From the NCBI GenBank assembly GCA_963837955.1, contig CAWIPH010000002.1:1344001-1408000 (forward strand): a DNA stretch of 64,000 bases. The letters are read 5' to 3'. The position numbers and the translations under genes are program-made. This stretch comes from an uncultured Verrucomicrobiae bacterium (GTDB lineage Bacteria; Verrucomicrobiota; Verrucomicrobiia; Chthoniobacterales; JAFAMB01). The notes below the pieces were generated by a model, which saw only the letters and a program-made list of their open reading frames with translations, was not told the origin of the DNA and ran no database searches. Below are positions 47,511 through 57,338 of the stretch, in pieces (positions within the stretch are counted from its first letter, which is position 1; every line of letters begins with the position of its first letter).

Positions 47511-48341
47511 TTAATTCTTTACCGCTCCAGCGGTGAGTCCTGCTACTAACCGTCGCTGAACCAGGGTGAAAAACAGGATAGTGGGGACTATGGCCACAAC
47601 GGTTCCGGCTGTAATCATTCCCCACTTCACTTGGAGGCTATTCATAAAGGACTGGAGCGCGATGGGTAGTGTTTGTGTGTTCTGGCTCTGCGACAGGATG
47701 GAGACGAAGAGATAATCTCCCCAGGAGACCACGAAGGCGAAAAAGCCGGCGACGACCAGTCCTGGTAGGGCGGTCGGATAAATGATGCGAAACAAGACGC
47801 CGAGCCTGCTACATCCGTCGATTAAGGCCGCCTGATCCAGCTCTTTCGGGATAGCATTGAAGTAGCCGGTCAGCATCCAGATCGCAAACGGCAGGGTTAT
47901 GGAGGTATGGGTTAAGATGAGTCCAATATGCGTGTCGACTAAACCCAGATTGGACATCAGTACGTAGAATGGGATTAGGATTAACACGTAGGGGAAGAAT
48001 TGGGGAAGGAGGGTCGACATCATCAACCAACTCTTACCGCGAAGCGCGAAGCGGCTGAGCGCATAAGCACCAAGGCTTCCCAGCAGAACGACCAGGAGCA
48101 TAACCGAAGTCGCGATCACCACGGAGTTGATCAGAAAGATGAAGACATCGTTGATGGCGAACACCTCAAAATAGTTGGTCAACGTCAGCTCTGATAAAGC
48201 GGGAAAAAGTTTTCCGGTTTGAATCGAATCGTTGCTCCGAAAGCTGGAAATGATGAGCCATCCGATGGGTAAAAGAAGAATGGTGTAGGTGATGAACAGG
48301 CCCACATAGGTAAGCAAAAGCTCGAGCGAACGGCGTTTCAT
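47511..48341 (-). CDS. Carbohydrate ABC transporter permease (MalG-like)
   Basis: Six TM helices; EAA-like loop IPKELDQAALIDGC. Confidence 0.9.
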   Translation of the reverse strand: MKRRSLELLLTYVGLFITYTILLLPIGWLIISSFRSNDSIQTGKLFPALSELTLTNYFEVFAINDVFIFLINSVVIATSVMLLVVLLGSLGAYALSRFALRGKSWLMMSTLLPQFFPYVLILIPFYVLMSNLGLVDTHIGLILTHTSITLPFAIWMLTGYFNAIPKELDQAALIDGCSRLGVLFRIIYPTALPGLVVAGFFAFVVSWGDYLFVSILSQSQNTQTLPIALQSFMNSLQVKWGMITAGTVVAIVPTILFFTLVQRRLVAGLTAGAVKN

Positions 48342-49285
48342 TTCTCGGCAAAGCCTCCGATTAACCGTCGCGACAAAACGACCAGGAGCACAAGCGTCAC
48401 TAGCATGATCACACCACCCGCACTCGCATAGCCGAGGGCATAGCCATTCCAGGCTTGTTTATAGATATAGGTCGCCAGCACCTCGGTGGCATCGACCGGT
48501 CCACCCCCGGTCGATAAATAAACAAAATCGAAATTGTTCAGAGTGAAGGTTACGTGGAGCACAACCATCACCAGGATGATGTAACGCAGATTCGGAAGCG
48601 TGATGTGCCAAAACCGTTTCCAGGATGAGGCGCCATCGATTGTCGCTGCTTCGTAAAGATCTTGCGGGACTGCCTGCATCGCGGCCATGAAAGCGATCCC
48701 GTAAAATGGAACGTTCCGCCATAGGTGCATCACCAGGATGAGCAGGAATGCGAAGGCTGGATCCCCAAACCAGTTTCGGGTCAGGTTGCCAAATCCAAAC
48801 GCGGTAAGCATAATGTTGATGAATCCGATGTTTGGCAGTGTGAGAAAACGGAACATCACAACCGCGGTGATGATCGGCAGCACCCAAGTGACCATGGCGA
48901 CACTTCGAAACCAATGTATGCCGGGCACCTTTCGGATGAGGAGATGAGCCATGCCGAGCCCAAGAACCACCTGCAGAATTACGGCGGAGAATGTGAGAAG
49001 CAGCGAGTGGAAGAATGAAATACGGAATGCCGAATCCGCCAGCAATCGTTGATAGTTCTCCCATCCAATCGCTCGCCACGTATTTGGGTTAAGTAAAGAC
49101 TGGTCAGTGAAAGAGGTGAAAATGCCACTGATCGTTGGGTAGAGATTCAGCCCAAGGATTAAGCAAACCGCCGGTGCCAGCAGAGCGTAGCCAAAAGCGG
49201 CGTGACGAATATCAGCTAATCGTGAGTTTACACCCCGACCTGCCGTTACTTTTGAAGGCTGATCGGATTGAACCGTCTCAAACAT
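48338..49285 (-). CDS. Carbohydrate ABC transporter permease (MalF-like)
   Basis: LYEAATIDGA, TGGGP. Confidence 0.9.
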   Translation of the reverse strand: MFETVQSDQPSKVTAGRGVNSRLADIRHAAFGYALLAPAVCLILGLNLYPTISGIFTSFTDQSLLNPNTWRAIGWENYQRLLADSAFRISFFHSLLLTFSAVILQVVLGLGMAHLLIRKVPGIHWFRSVAMVTWVLPIITAVVMFRFLTLPNIGFINIMLTAFGFGNLTRNWFGDPAFAFLLILVMHLWRNVPFYGIAFMAAMQAVPQDLYEAATIDGASSWKRFWHITLPNLRYIILVMVVLHVTFTLNNFDFVYLSTGGGPVDATEVLATYIYKQAWNGYALGYASAGGVIMLVTLVLLVVLSRRLIGGFAEK

Positions 49286-49446
49286 AAAAACGAGGGTAGC
49301 GTCAGGCCGCGCATAAACATGCGCCCTTCAACGGTAGGGCCAAAGTTTGATCGGCGCACCCAGCTCAGCTTGTTCGCCGACCCTGCCGGGTTCGAGCCCT
49401 ACCATGACGGGCGGGATTTTCCCGAAGTGTTACCCTCTCTCTTCAC

Positions 49447-50751
49447 TTACAATTGATTGTTCTGCGCGCGCTGCTGCAAAGTATTAAACAGTTCCTGGCC
49501 GGTCTTCTCTGCGGGATTGTTTTGGTAAATGACCTTCTGGAGCGCTTCCGTGATATCGTTTACGACCAGGCCCCAGTTGATCGGTGCCAGAGCGACACCG
49601 GTAGAGATTTGCTGGGTGAAAGCCTGCTGCCACCAGTCACTTTTGAAATCGGGAAGGTCAGCAACATCCTGGCGGGGTGGGTTGATGCCTTCGAGCTTCG
49701 CGTCCATGGCAACGAAATCCTTACTACAGAGAAGTTTGATTAGCTCCCAGCTCTCTGCTTTCTCCTTGGTAGCCGCGTTGATCATGATTGGCTTGACCTC
49801 AAGGTAGGTCGCCTGGGTGCCGCCCGGTGGAAGCGGTAGCGCTACGACTCCGGTATTTTCTTCCAGAATCTTGCGCGCTGTATCGCCGGTCTTCCGATAG
49901 CTGTAGATCCATGGGCCCATTGGGACCATTGCACTCTTACCGGCAACATAATCGGCGTCGGTAGCTTGGTAGTCATTACCACGGGTATTCTGATTGGCCG
50001 CGGCTGGAGTCCCTTTGAAGAAGCAATCGTGGTACAACGCTAAGACCTGCCCGAGCTTTTCCGGCGTAGTGTTCATGGTCCATTTCTTCGCGGATTCATC
50101 GTATTTAAACGGATTTTCGCCTCCATTTACCTGAAAAAAGAACGAGATGAATTCCTGGAACGTGCGAACGCTGCCCGATTTCGTGGTCAATCCTAGCCCG
50201 GCGACGCCTTGTTCCTTGCTCGATATCATCGCGGCGTCATCCAGCAATTCTTCCCAGGTCTTAGGCGGTTGCAGATTATACTTCTGGAGAATGTCCTTTC
50301 GGTATAACAACACCCGCACATTGGTATTGTATGGCACGCCATAAAGCTTCCCATTGATGGTGAGCGCTTTGATCGTGCTGGGGATAAACTTATCCTTTTC
50401 CGGCCATTGATTGTACAAGTCATCGATTGGAGCAATGAGGCCCGCTTTTTGGTAGGCAATCATTCCTTCCAGCACGCCTTCGATTACGTCCGGCTTGCCA
50501 CGGCGACCCTGCACGATGAATTTTTGCTGGGCGTCCTGATAAATGGGAGGCCCGTAATTACCAGGCACGGTCACGCCTTGGGGTAATTCTTTGGGGAAAT
50601 GTTCCTTTACCCACGCTAGGAGGCTGGGCGTTTGAGGGCCTTCCTGCGACATTGGAACGAACCAAAGATCAATTTCTTTACCGAAGCTAAAGACAGCCGA
50701 AGCCAAAAGGCTGGCTGCTACGAGAACACGATGGGGGGATCTGATACGCAT
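49447..50751 (-). CDS. Sugar ABC transporter substrate-binding protein
   Basis: Signal peptide; GKLYGVP, LLYRKDIL, PKTWEEL, GKSAM..GPW. Confidence 0.88.
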   Translation of the reverse strand: MRIRSPHRVLVAASLLASAVFSFGKEIDLWFVPMSQEGPQTPSLLAWVKEHFPKELPQGVTVPGNYGPPIYQDAQQKFIVQGRRGKPDVIEGVLEGMIAYQKAGLIAPIDDLYNQWPEKDKFIPSTIKALTINGKLYGVPYNTNVRVLLYRKDILQKYNLQPPKTWEELLDDAAMISSKEQGVAGLGLTTKSGSVRTFQEFISFFFQVNGGENPFKYDESAKKWTMNTTPEKLGQVLALYHDCFFKGTPAAANQNTRGNDYQATDADYVAGKSAMVPMGPWIYSYRKTGDTARKILEENTGVVALPLPPGGTQATYLEVKPIMINAATKEKAESWELIKLLCSKDFVAMDAKLEGINPPRQDVADLPDFKSDWWQQAFTQQISTGVALAPINWGLVVNDITEALQKVIYQNNPAEKTGQELFNTLQQRAQNNQL

Positions 50752-50921
50752 AAGATGGAATCGTTGGATTGGAATTGGGGTACCAACGAAATCAATCTTG
50801 CTGGATCGAAATGGGTCGCAATAGTCACAACTACCCAATAATAGTCAATTTGTGACAAAGCCATCGGCTGCTTCGAGGCCAGACCCGAACTTTAGCGCCC
50901 ATTTTCTTTGGGCTGCCGCTA

Positions 50922-50940
50922 TAAGACCAAAGTCCAATAG
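50922..50940 (+). promoter_or_regulatory. Operator-like motif, copy 1
   Basis: TAAGACCAAAGTCCAATAG upstream of the hydrolase gene; four related copies lie within 5.5 kb. Confidence 0.6.
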
Positions 50941-51156
50941 CCGCAGCGCCCCAATTTTTGCAGAATATCCGCTTAGATCTGCTCACGCCTGAGCCGCGCC
51001 GCCGCCTCTGGCCGTTTACCAAGCAGCTCAAATCCGAATCCAGTGCAAAGGCGGCTATTTTCGCCACAGCCCCAACGATGGCGGATCCATTCGCGGTTAG
51101 AAACACCCTCACGAAAGAATCAGATTCCGACGAACTGTACTACGAAAGAAGAGACG

Positions 51157-52821
51157 ATGAGGACGAGAACGATTGAAGCGATATCGTTAGCAGCAATTCT
51201 GCTCTTTGGCGGTTGCGCGACCCAGCCCACGGTTGCGCCTGGTCCGCTTGGGGTGGCACAGACAAAATTGGCTGAGGCTCGCTCTCACACCGTTCCGACC
51301 GAGACCAGAATCACTCGTTATTTTCAGGCCGCGGAAATCGCTGAGAATGAAGCCACACGGCAATCTCGCAACACAGCGGCCAAGCAACAAGCCGAGCAAG
51401 TTTATAATGATGCGTCTGCCGAGGTCACTGTTCTACTGGAGGAGGCAGATGGCGGCAAATATTGGAACCACAACGAGCGCATCGGCAGTTCCGACTCTTC
51501 ATACGAGGTTCGATTTCAACCTGGCGGAGGCAATGGTTTTTGGTCGCCTGGATTCTTCGACCTGCTTAAACGGACAAGAGCATCCGATCATCGGCACCTG
51601 CGCCTTTGGGTTCATGGGCCAGGATTCGGCGGTACGCTTGTCGGGGTTCGAAGCGGCCGGCCAGGCGATCCATTTGCGCCTTTGGTGGGCTACGCCTGCC
51701 CGATCACGACTACGCTAGACTTCTCGCCGTCGCAAAAAGGCATGGGGAGCGCGCATATCGTGTTGATCGCCCTCCATGACCCGACCATCCGACAAGCAGT
51801 GGTGATCGACGGCAAGAAGCAACCCCTTGCCTACGATCTTTCGGCTCCTCTTGGACACTATCCTCGAACTAAGGCTTCGATTATCGCGCTTCGGGGACTC
51901 TTGCAGGCCGACAGGATTACTCAGCGCACCGGGCTTTACCTGGTCGAGCCCTATGATCCTAATCGCATCCCCATCGTGTTGGTCCACGGCTTGTTGTCGA
52001 CACCTCACATGTGGTTCAACATCGTGAATGCGGTCCGAGCGGATCCTGAGTTGCGAGCACGATATCAGTTCTGGGTGTTCTATTATCCGACCGCCAACCC
52101 GCCGGTGCTTTCCGCCTTAGCATTTCGGAAGGATTTAGCGATTGCCGAACGATTGTACCATCCGAAGCACGGCATCGTGCTCGTCGGTCATAGCATGGGC
52201 GGATTGGTTTCCCGGATGCAGGCCGTCGATACCGGAAGAGTTCTCTGGGACGAATGTTTTCGTCAGAGCGCTGATACGTTTTACGGGCGGATTCCCTCTG
52301 ACAATCTGCTTAAGCAGACGCTGGTGTTTCACGCAGATCCTGAAGTGAAGCGAATCGTATTTATGTGTGTTCCCCATCGTGGCAGCGGTCTGGCCGTGGG
52401 CACAATCGGTGCAATAGCCGCCAGCTTGATTCGTGTTCCAAGAAACGTGGCCTCAACAATCAGAACCACAATTGGCGACTCCTTGGAGCAGGCTACGGGC
52501 GTCAAGGGCCTACGTCTTCCTACCAGCATCTCGGGGCTCTCTCCTCGGTCGCCAGTCCTGATCGGACTGGATAAACTTCCGATCAAAGCCCCGCATCATT
52601 CGATTATTGGTGACCGCGGCAGAGGAGACTCCCCGAACGGCTCTGACGGCGTCGTTCCGTACCGGAGTGCCCATCTCGACTCTGCTCAATCCGAAAAGAT
52701 TATTCCTTACGGCCACGGCGGCTACCAGAGCCCCGAGGCTATCGAGGAACTATTGCGAATCCTGCGCCTCTATTTGGGCCTAAAGGCCGAGCGGCCACAC
52801 CAAATTGCGGCGTCACAGTAG
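51157..52821 (+). CDS. Alpha/beta-hydrolase lipoprotein (esterase/lipase family)
   Basis: Lipobox FGGC; RIPIVLVHGL, GHSMGG nucleophile elbow, PHRGS, SDGVVPY.S.HL. Confidence 0.85.
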   Translation: MRTRTIEAISLAAILLFGGCATQPTVAPGPLGVAQTKLAEARSHTVPTETRITRYFQAAEIAENEATRQSRNTAAKQQAEQVYNDASAEVTVLLEEADGGKYWNHNERIGSSDSSYEVRFQPGGGNGFWSPGFFDLLKRTRASDHRHLRLWVHGPGFGGTLVGVRSGRPGDPFAPLVGYACPITTTLDFSPSQKGMGSAHIVLIALHDPTIRQAVVIDGKKQPLAYDLSAPLGHYPRTKASIIALRGLLQADRITQRTGLYLVEPYDPNRIPIVLVHGLLSTPHMWFNIVNAVRADPELRARYQFWVFYYPTANPPVLSALAFRKDLAIAERLYHPKHGIVLVGHSMGGLVSRMQAVDTGRVLWDECFRQSADTFYGRIPSDNLLKQTLVFHADPEVKRIVFMCVPHRGSGLAVGTIGAIAASLIRVPRNVASTIRTTIGDSLEQATGVKGLRLPTSISGLSPRSPVLIGLDKLPIKAPHHSIIGDRGRGDSPNGSDGVVPYRSAHLDSAQSEKIIPYGHGGYQSPEAIEELLRILRLYLGLKAERPHQIAASQ

Positions 52822-52953
52822 CTTCAGAACTCCTGATGCCGTGAGGTTGTAAACCCGCGTGCACAAGACCTTCGTCCTCGTCGTCGTCCTTATAGTCGGC
52901 ATCTACCCTTGGTGACAAACTCTTGGTCAGAGCGGCATGGGATCGGGATGACG

Positions 52954-52971
52954 TAAGACCAAGGTCCAATG
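52954..52971 (+). promoter_or_regulatory. Operator-like motif, copy 2
   Basis: TAAGACCAAGGTCCAATG upstream of the L,D-transpeptidase gene. Confidence 0.6.
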
Positions 52972-53137
52972 TTCGGTCGCGGCAGAAGCTGGCACTCTTC
53001 TTTCGCCACGCTGCAGAATGATGAAAGATGCCGTCTTGAAAATTTTGAGTCGAACGGCTCTTATAAGCGCGCTGGTTTTGGCACCACAAGAATAGAGCCT
53101 CATCCGCAAAAATCCGGTTCAGACCACTTCAATACTC

Positions 53138-54103
53138 GTGAAACACTCCGTTCTCATTGCCATCGCGATTGCCTCGCTACTCGCTGGAGTGGCTGATGCA
53201 GCGCACACCAAAGGCCGTCTAGTGGAGCCGTCCACTGAGACACTCAAAGCTGGCGATTACGTCTGGCATCCCGAGGTATCACCGGCGGGCCCGCTGGTCG
53301 TTCTCGTCAGCATCCCAGACCAGCTTATGTACGTTTATCGAAACGGCGTGCGGATCGGGCGCTCGACCGTGAGCACTGGTAAGGCGGGGAAACGCACGCC
53401 TACCGGTGTATTCACCGTGCTGCAAAAGAAGGTACGTCACGAGTCGAGCATCTACAAAGGCGCCAAGATGCCGCACATGCAGCGGCTCACCTGGAGCGGC
53501 ATCGCGATGCACGCGGGCCAGTTGCCAGGTTATCCGGCATCGGCGGGATGTGTGCGGTTGCCGGTGGATTTCGCGGCGAAACTCTACTCGGTGACAGCGC
53601 TCGGTACGACAGTTATCATTGCCGACCACAAGTCCGCCCCGATCCACACCGTCCAGCCGGGTCTGCTCTTTTCGGGAAAGACGGGGACGCCACCAGGGAG
53701 TCGCTTCGCCTGGACCCCGGAGAAAGCGCCGAAGGGACCGGTTTCGATCATCCTGAGTGCTGCGGATCGCAAGATCTATGTCTACCGCGACGGCGTAGAA
53801 ATTGGCCGCGCGCCCGTGACAGGATTAGAAACTGCTAATCTATCCGGCACCTACGTTTATTCGGCCGACTTGACCGTTGATTCCGGTGGCCAGCGCGATT
53901 GGATCTCCACTGTCAGCGCCGGCAAAAAAGCACCGAACGTGAAAGACCTGGAAGACCGTATCTCCATCGATTCATCGTTTCTTCAGGACGTCCGAGAACT
54001 GATCACTCCTGGAACCACACTAGTCCTCACCGATACACCGGTCAGCAGCCAAACTCAGAGTAGTCCCGGATTCAACATTCTCACAGCGGACGTCGCGCAA
54101 TAA
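53138..54103 (+). CDS. L,D-transpeptidase (YkuD) family protein
   Basis: Signal peptide; VSTGK...TPTGVF, MPHMQRL, AMHAG.LPGYPASAGCVRL. Confidence 0.88.
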   Translation: MKHSVLIAIAIASLLAGVADAAHTKGRLVEPSTETLKAGDYVWHPEVSPAGPLVVLVSIPDQLMYVYRNGVRIGRSTVSTGKAGKRTPTGVFTVLQKKVRHESSIYKGAKMPHMQRLTWSGIAMHAGQLPGYPASAGCVRLPVDFAAKLYSVTALGTTVIIADHKSAPIHTVQPGLLFSGKTGTPPGSRFAWTPEKAPKGPVSIILSAADRKIYVYRDGVEIGRAPVTGLETANLSGTYVYSADLTVDSGGQRDWISTVSAGKKAPNVKDLEDRISIDSSFLQDVRELITPGTTLVLTDTPVSSQTQSSPGFNILTADVAQ

Positions 54104-54379
54104 GCCAACCCATAATCCCGAACGGTTGCGGCTCTGCCTACGGCGATTAGCTGCACACGGTTCTTTACAGTAACCATCGTCTAAGATAAGAGGGTACTAG
54201 CTCCCCCCGGTGTCACTTACGGCCTATCCCCCAGGGATGGCTACGCTGCCGCGCTTATGCCGCAGCCGTCCTGTTTGTGTTTGTGAGTTCTGATTGTCGG
54301 TGCCATCGGCCAGCGATAGGCTGCTGAAGATTGATAGGAGCTTCATTCGACGGAACGAAACGAAAGGAGCGCGAATTGG

Positions 54380-55150
54380 ATGGATACCGAAGGTCAGACG
54401 CAACAGATCGCCCATCTGGGCCGGCTGGCACTGATAGGCGAAATGGCCGCTTCCTTTGCCCATGAGCTCAACCAGCCGTTGACCGCCATTGTCAGCAATG
54501 CGGGAGCTGGCCAGCGATTCCTTGATAGCGGTGTCATAGACATTAAAGAATTCCATGAGCTCCTCCGGGACATTGCTTCCGACGCGGAACGTGCCGGTAA
54601 AATAATCCGAGGCATTCGGGAAATGGTCATGAAAAGCGAAGCTCGACGTGAACCGGTAAACATGAATCAAGTGGTGGAGGAAGTCTTCCGATTGACTAAG
54701 ACCGACGCAGTCAGTCGCTCGTGTACTGTTGTGACGGACCTCGACCCCGAACTAGCACTGGTCGAGGGGGAACCGGTGCAACTTCAGCAAGTTCTACTCA
54801 ATCTGGTATTGAATGCTTTTGACGCGATGCAAGAGACACCTCTCCATCTCCGCCGAGTTGTGCTTTCAACGAAATCTCAACCTGACGGTGTTGTCTGTAC
54901 CGCGGTTCGCGACTTCGGTACTGGGCTCTCTGAAAAGGTGCATCAGCGGATCTTTGAACATTTCTTTTCTACTAAGAAGGATGGCTTGGGCATGGGACTC
55001 GCCATTGCGCGGTCGATTGTCGAATCATTCGGCGGAGTTCTCAATGAAAGCAACGCGCCGGGCGGAGGGGCTTTCTTCTATTTCACGCTTCCTGCTACAA
55101 CCAGCGAGGTGCATGAACGCTCAGCCTCCCAGCATAGTGTTTGTCATTGA
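54380..55150 (+). CDS. Histidine kinase (FixL/NtrB-type HisKA + HATPase) without an input domain
   Basis: GEMAASFAHELNQPL, QLQQVLLNLVLNA, DFGTG, FFSTK..GLGMGLAI; AGGAG RBS; in-frame TAG at 54335. Confidence 0.85.
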   Translation: MDTEGQTQQIAHLGRLALIGEMAASFAHELNQPLTAIVSNAGAGQRFLDSGVIDIKEFHELLRDIASDAERAGKIIRGIREMVMKSEARREPVNMNQVVEEVFRLTKTDAVSRSCTVVTDLDPELALVEGEPVQLQQVLLNLVLNAFDAMQETPLHLRRVVLSTKSQPDGVVCTAVRDFGTGLSEKVHQRIFEHFFSTKKDGLGMGLAIARSIVESFGGVLNESNAPGGGAFFYFTLPATTSEVHERSASQHSVCH

Positions 55151-55742
55151 CGATGACGCCTCGGTCCGAAAAGCGCTGGGGCGCCTTCTTCGGGCCGCGG
55201 GTTATGCGTTTGAGAGTTTTTCTTCGGCCGGCGGCTTTCTGTCGCGTTCTCAGCACAGCGGCCTATCTTGCATTGTCCTTGATCTGCAAATGCCCGGATT
55301 AAATGGCTTGGCATTGCAGGAGACTCTTGCTGCGGCCGGTCGCGACGAATCAATCATCTTTCTCACAGGTCACGGCGACGTCCCAACTTGTGCTAACGCA
55401 ATGAAGGCAGGTGCGATCGACTTTCTCTCCAAGCCTTTTCGTGACGGGGATCTGCTCGGTGCGATCGCGCGATCACTGGAGCGATCTGAGCGTCTCTTCC
55501 GAGAACATGCCGAGAGAACAAAGATCCGAACTCTCATGGACCGATTAACGCCGCGGGAACGCGAGGTGATGGAGTTAGTGATCGCTGGAAAACTGAATAA
55601 ACAGATCGCGGCTGAATTGGGCGCCAGTGAAAAAACGATTAAAGTGCATCGTGGTCGAGTGATGCAGAAAATGGAGACTGTTTCCGTTGCGGAATTGGTG
55701 AGACTTGTCGTTAGGATTCCAGGCAAAGAGCGGAGCGCATAA
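55113..55742 (+). CDS. FixJ/NodW-like response regulator (REC + LuxR HTH)
   Basis: VIDDDASVR, LDLQMPG, FLTGHGD, KPF, LTPREREV, NKQIAAELG.SEKTIKVHRGRVMQK. Confidence 0.92.
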   Translation: MNAQPPSIVFVIDDDASVRKALGRLLRAAGYAFESFSSAGGFLSRSQHSGLSCIVLDLQMPGLNGLALQETLAAAGRDESIIFLTGHGDVPTCANAMKAGAIDFLSKPFRDGDLLGAIARSLERSERLFREHAERTKIRTLMDRLTPREREVMELVIAGKLNKQIAAELGASEKTIKVHRGRVMQKMETVSVAELVRLVVRIPGKERSA

Positions 55743-55758
55743 GACCAAGGTCTGATAG
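55740..55758 (+). promoter_or_regulatory. Operator-like motif, copy 3
   Basis: TAAGACCAAGGTCTGATAG overlapping the FixJ-like stop codon, upstream of the single-domain receiver gene. Confidence 0.55.
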
Positions 55759-55890
55759 CGGGCATCTAGCCACTCGGCTAGCATGTTACCTATTCGTTCC
55801 AGCCGTGTATTTAGCCTCATACAGGCGGATTGTATTGAGGATGAAAATGTGGCGGAGCCCCTTCGAAATTTATGAAGGAAAATTCTCCGA

Positions 55891-56268
55891 GTGTTTGAGC
55901 AACCAGATACCATCTGCGTCGTGGATGACGATGCTGCCGTCCTGAAGGCGCTACAGCGTCTGCTGCGCTCGGCCGGGCTGCAAACGATGGTGTTTGACGA
56001 CCCGCGATTGTTTCTCGAGCACGCGAAAAATCACGTAATCGCTCTCGCGATCATCGACGTCTGGATGCCGGAGCTTAATGGTTTGGAAGTGCAGAGGCTG
56101 CTCCATGATATCGCGCCCGCCATCCCAGTGATCATGATGACCGGACGGGACGATCCGGGTATCGACGGCATCGCCCTGGCCCAAGGCGCTGTAGCGTTTT
56201 TTACCAAGCCTTTTGATGACACCGCATTTTTAGAAGCAATTCACACGGCCCTTCTCGCGCAAAACTAA
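55891..56268 (+). CDS. Single-domain response regulator (receiver)
   Basis: VVDDD, IDVWMP, MMTG, KPF. Confidence 0.88.
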   Translation: MFEQPDTICVVDDDAAVLKALQRLLRSAGLQTMVFDDPRLFLEHAKNHVIALAIIDVWMPELNGLEVQRLLHDIAPAIPVIMMTGRDDPGIDGIALAQGAVAFFTKPFDDTAFLEAIHTALLAQN

Positions 56269-56352
56269 CACGCGCTGGTCACCGATTTCCTGACCATGCC
56301 TTGTTATCCGTCATTGGCTATTGGCTATCTGCTATTGGCTATTTCACCACCG

Positions 56353-56371
56353 TACGACCAAGGTCCAATAG
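56353..56371 (+). promoter_or_regulatory. Operator-like motif, copy 4
   Basis: TACGACCAAGGTCCAATAG upstream of the DUF3016-like gene. Confidence 0.6.
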
Positions 56372-56442
56372 TCCAAGCGAGGCAAATTCGTTAGTTTTCC
56401 TCTGGCAACAACCTATAGATATCCATTGCCGAAAACTGAAAT

Positions 56443-56949
56443 ATGAAAAGGTCCCTTACTCTGCTTTTTACAGCTGCGATTTTATTCGGGCTAGATGCAG
56501 CGTCTGTTCTCGGCGCACAACCGGGTGATGTGACAATTCAGTATCTTCACCCCGAAAAATTCACTGACTTCAGCATTTACGGTCGCGACTACCGATGGTC
56601 GGCCTCTTATTTCGCCAGCGAGATCAGCAGAGATCTTAAGCCAGCGCTGAATCGCAAATTTCCAGGCAGTAAACTTACACTCCGGTTTACTGATATCGAT
56701 CTAGCCGGGAGCAACCGGACCTCGCGGGGAGGGCGAGACGTCAGAGTCGTCCGCGGTGCGATGACACCCGCACGAATGTCATTCGATTTCTTGCTGCAGG
56801 ACAGTGCCGGCAAGATATTAGCGAAAGGTTCAACGAGGATTACGGATACCTCACATAGCTTGTCAACCCGCCACCCAAGCAGCTCGGGGCCTCTTTACTA
56901 CGAGAAGCGCATGTTACAGAAGTGGCTCCAATCGGTAAAAGCTCCTTAG
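56443..56949 (+). CDS. Exported DUF3016-like protein
   Basis: Signal peptide; PEKFTDF, FTDIDLAG, VRVVR, L.YEKRML..W. Confidence 0.7.
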   Translation: MKRSLTLLFTAAILFGLDAASVLGAQPGDVTIQYLHPEKFTDFSIYGRDYRWSASYFASEISRDLKPALNRKFPGSKLTLRFTDIDLAGSNRTSRGGRDVRVVRGAMTPARMSFDFLLQDSAGKILAKGSTRITDTSHSLSTRHPSSSGPLYYEKRMLQKWLQSVKAP

Positions 56950-57002
56950 TTGAGCCGGTGCGATCAGAGCGTTGGTGTCGGATGCGACACGAAACCGAGA
57001 TC

Positions 57003-57086
57003 CCCCAAAGGGGGAAGAGGACTCAGCCCGGGGTTTTAACCCCGGGAAGCGTGTTTCAAACGGGTGCGCCCTGAAAGTGGCGCCAG
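57003..57086. repeat. REP-like palindromes
   Basis: CCCGGGGTTTTAACCCCGGG and GCGCCCTGAAAGTGGCGC hairpins. Confidence 0.5.
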
Positions 57087-57338
57087 GAAATAATTGGTCG
57101 CAAGTGGGAATAGCTCCACCGATATCTGTGGCATTGGATCTGAGCGGGCTCTCCATAGGGATTTCGGACTAAAACGACTATTCTCTGGACAAAGCACCAG
57201 GAGCGTTGAGGGGCGAACATTCCGATCCTCATCCTAGCGCTTATCGGCCCCCAAGGTGGTCACTAGGTCACTTCGACACCCTAGAAAGGAACGGCCTTTT
57301 GCAGAATCGGGTTTACATCTGGTCGGTCTGCTGACCAA

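Noticed and set aside
49330..49405. tRNA T-loop-like GGTTCGAGCCC
   Set aside because: Part of a GGTAGGGC...GCCCTACC inverted repeat between ABC genes; no cloverleaf.
52870..52900. FLAG-tag-like DYKDDDED on the minus strand
   Set aside because: Not an exact tag, no vector context; explained by an intergenic (CTCGTC/GTCGTC) short repeat.
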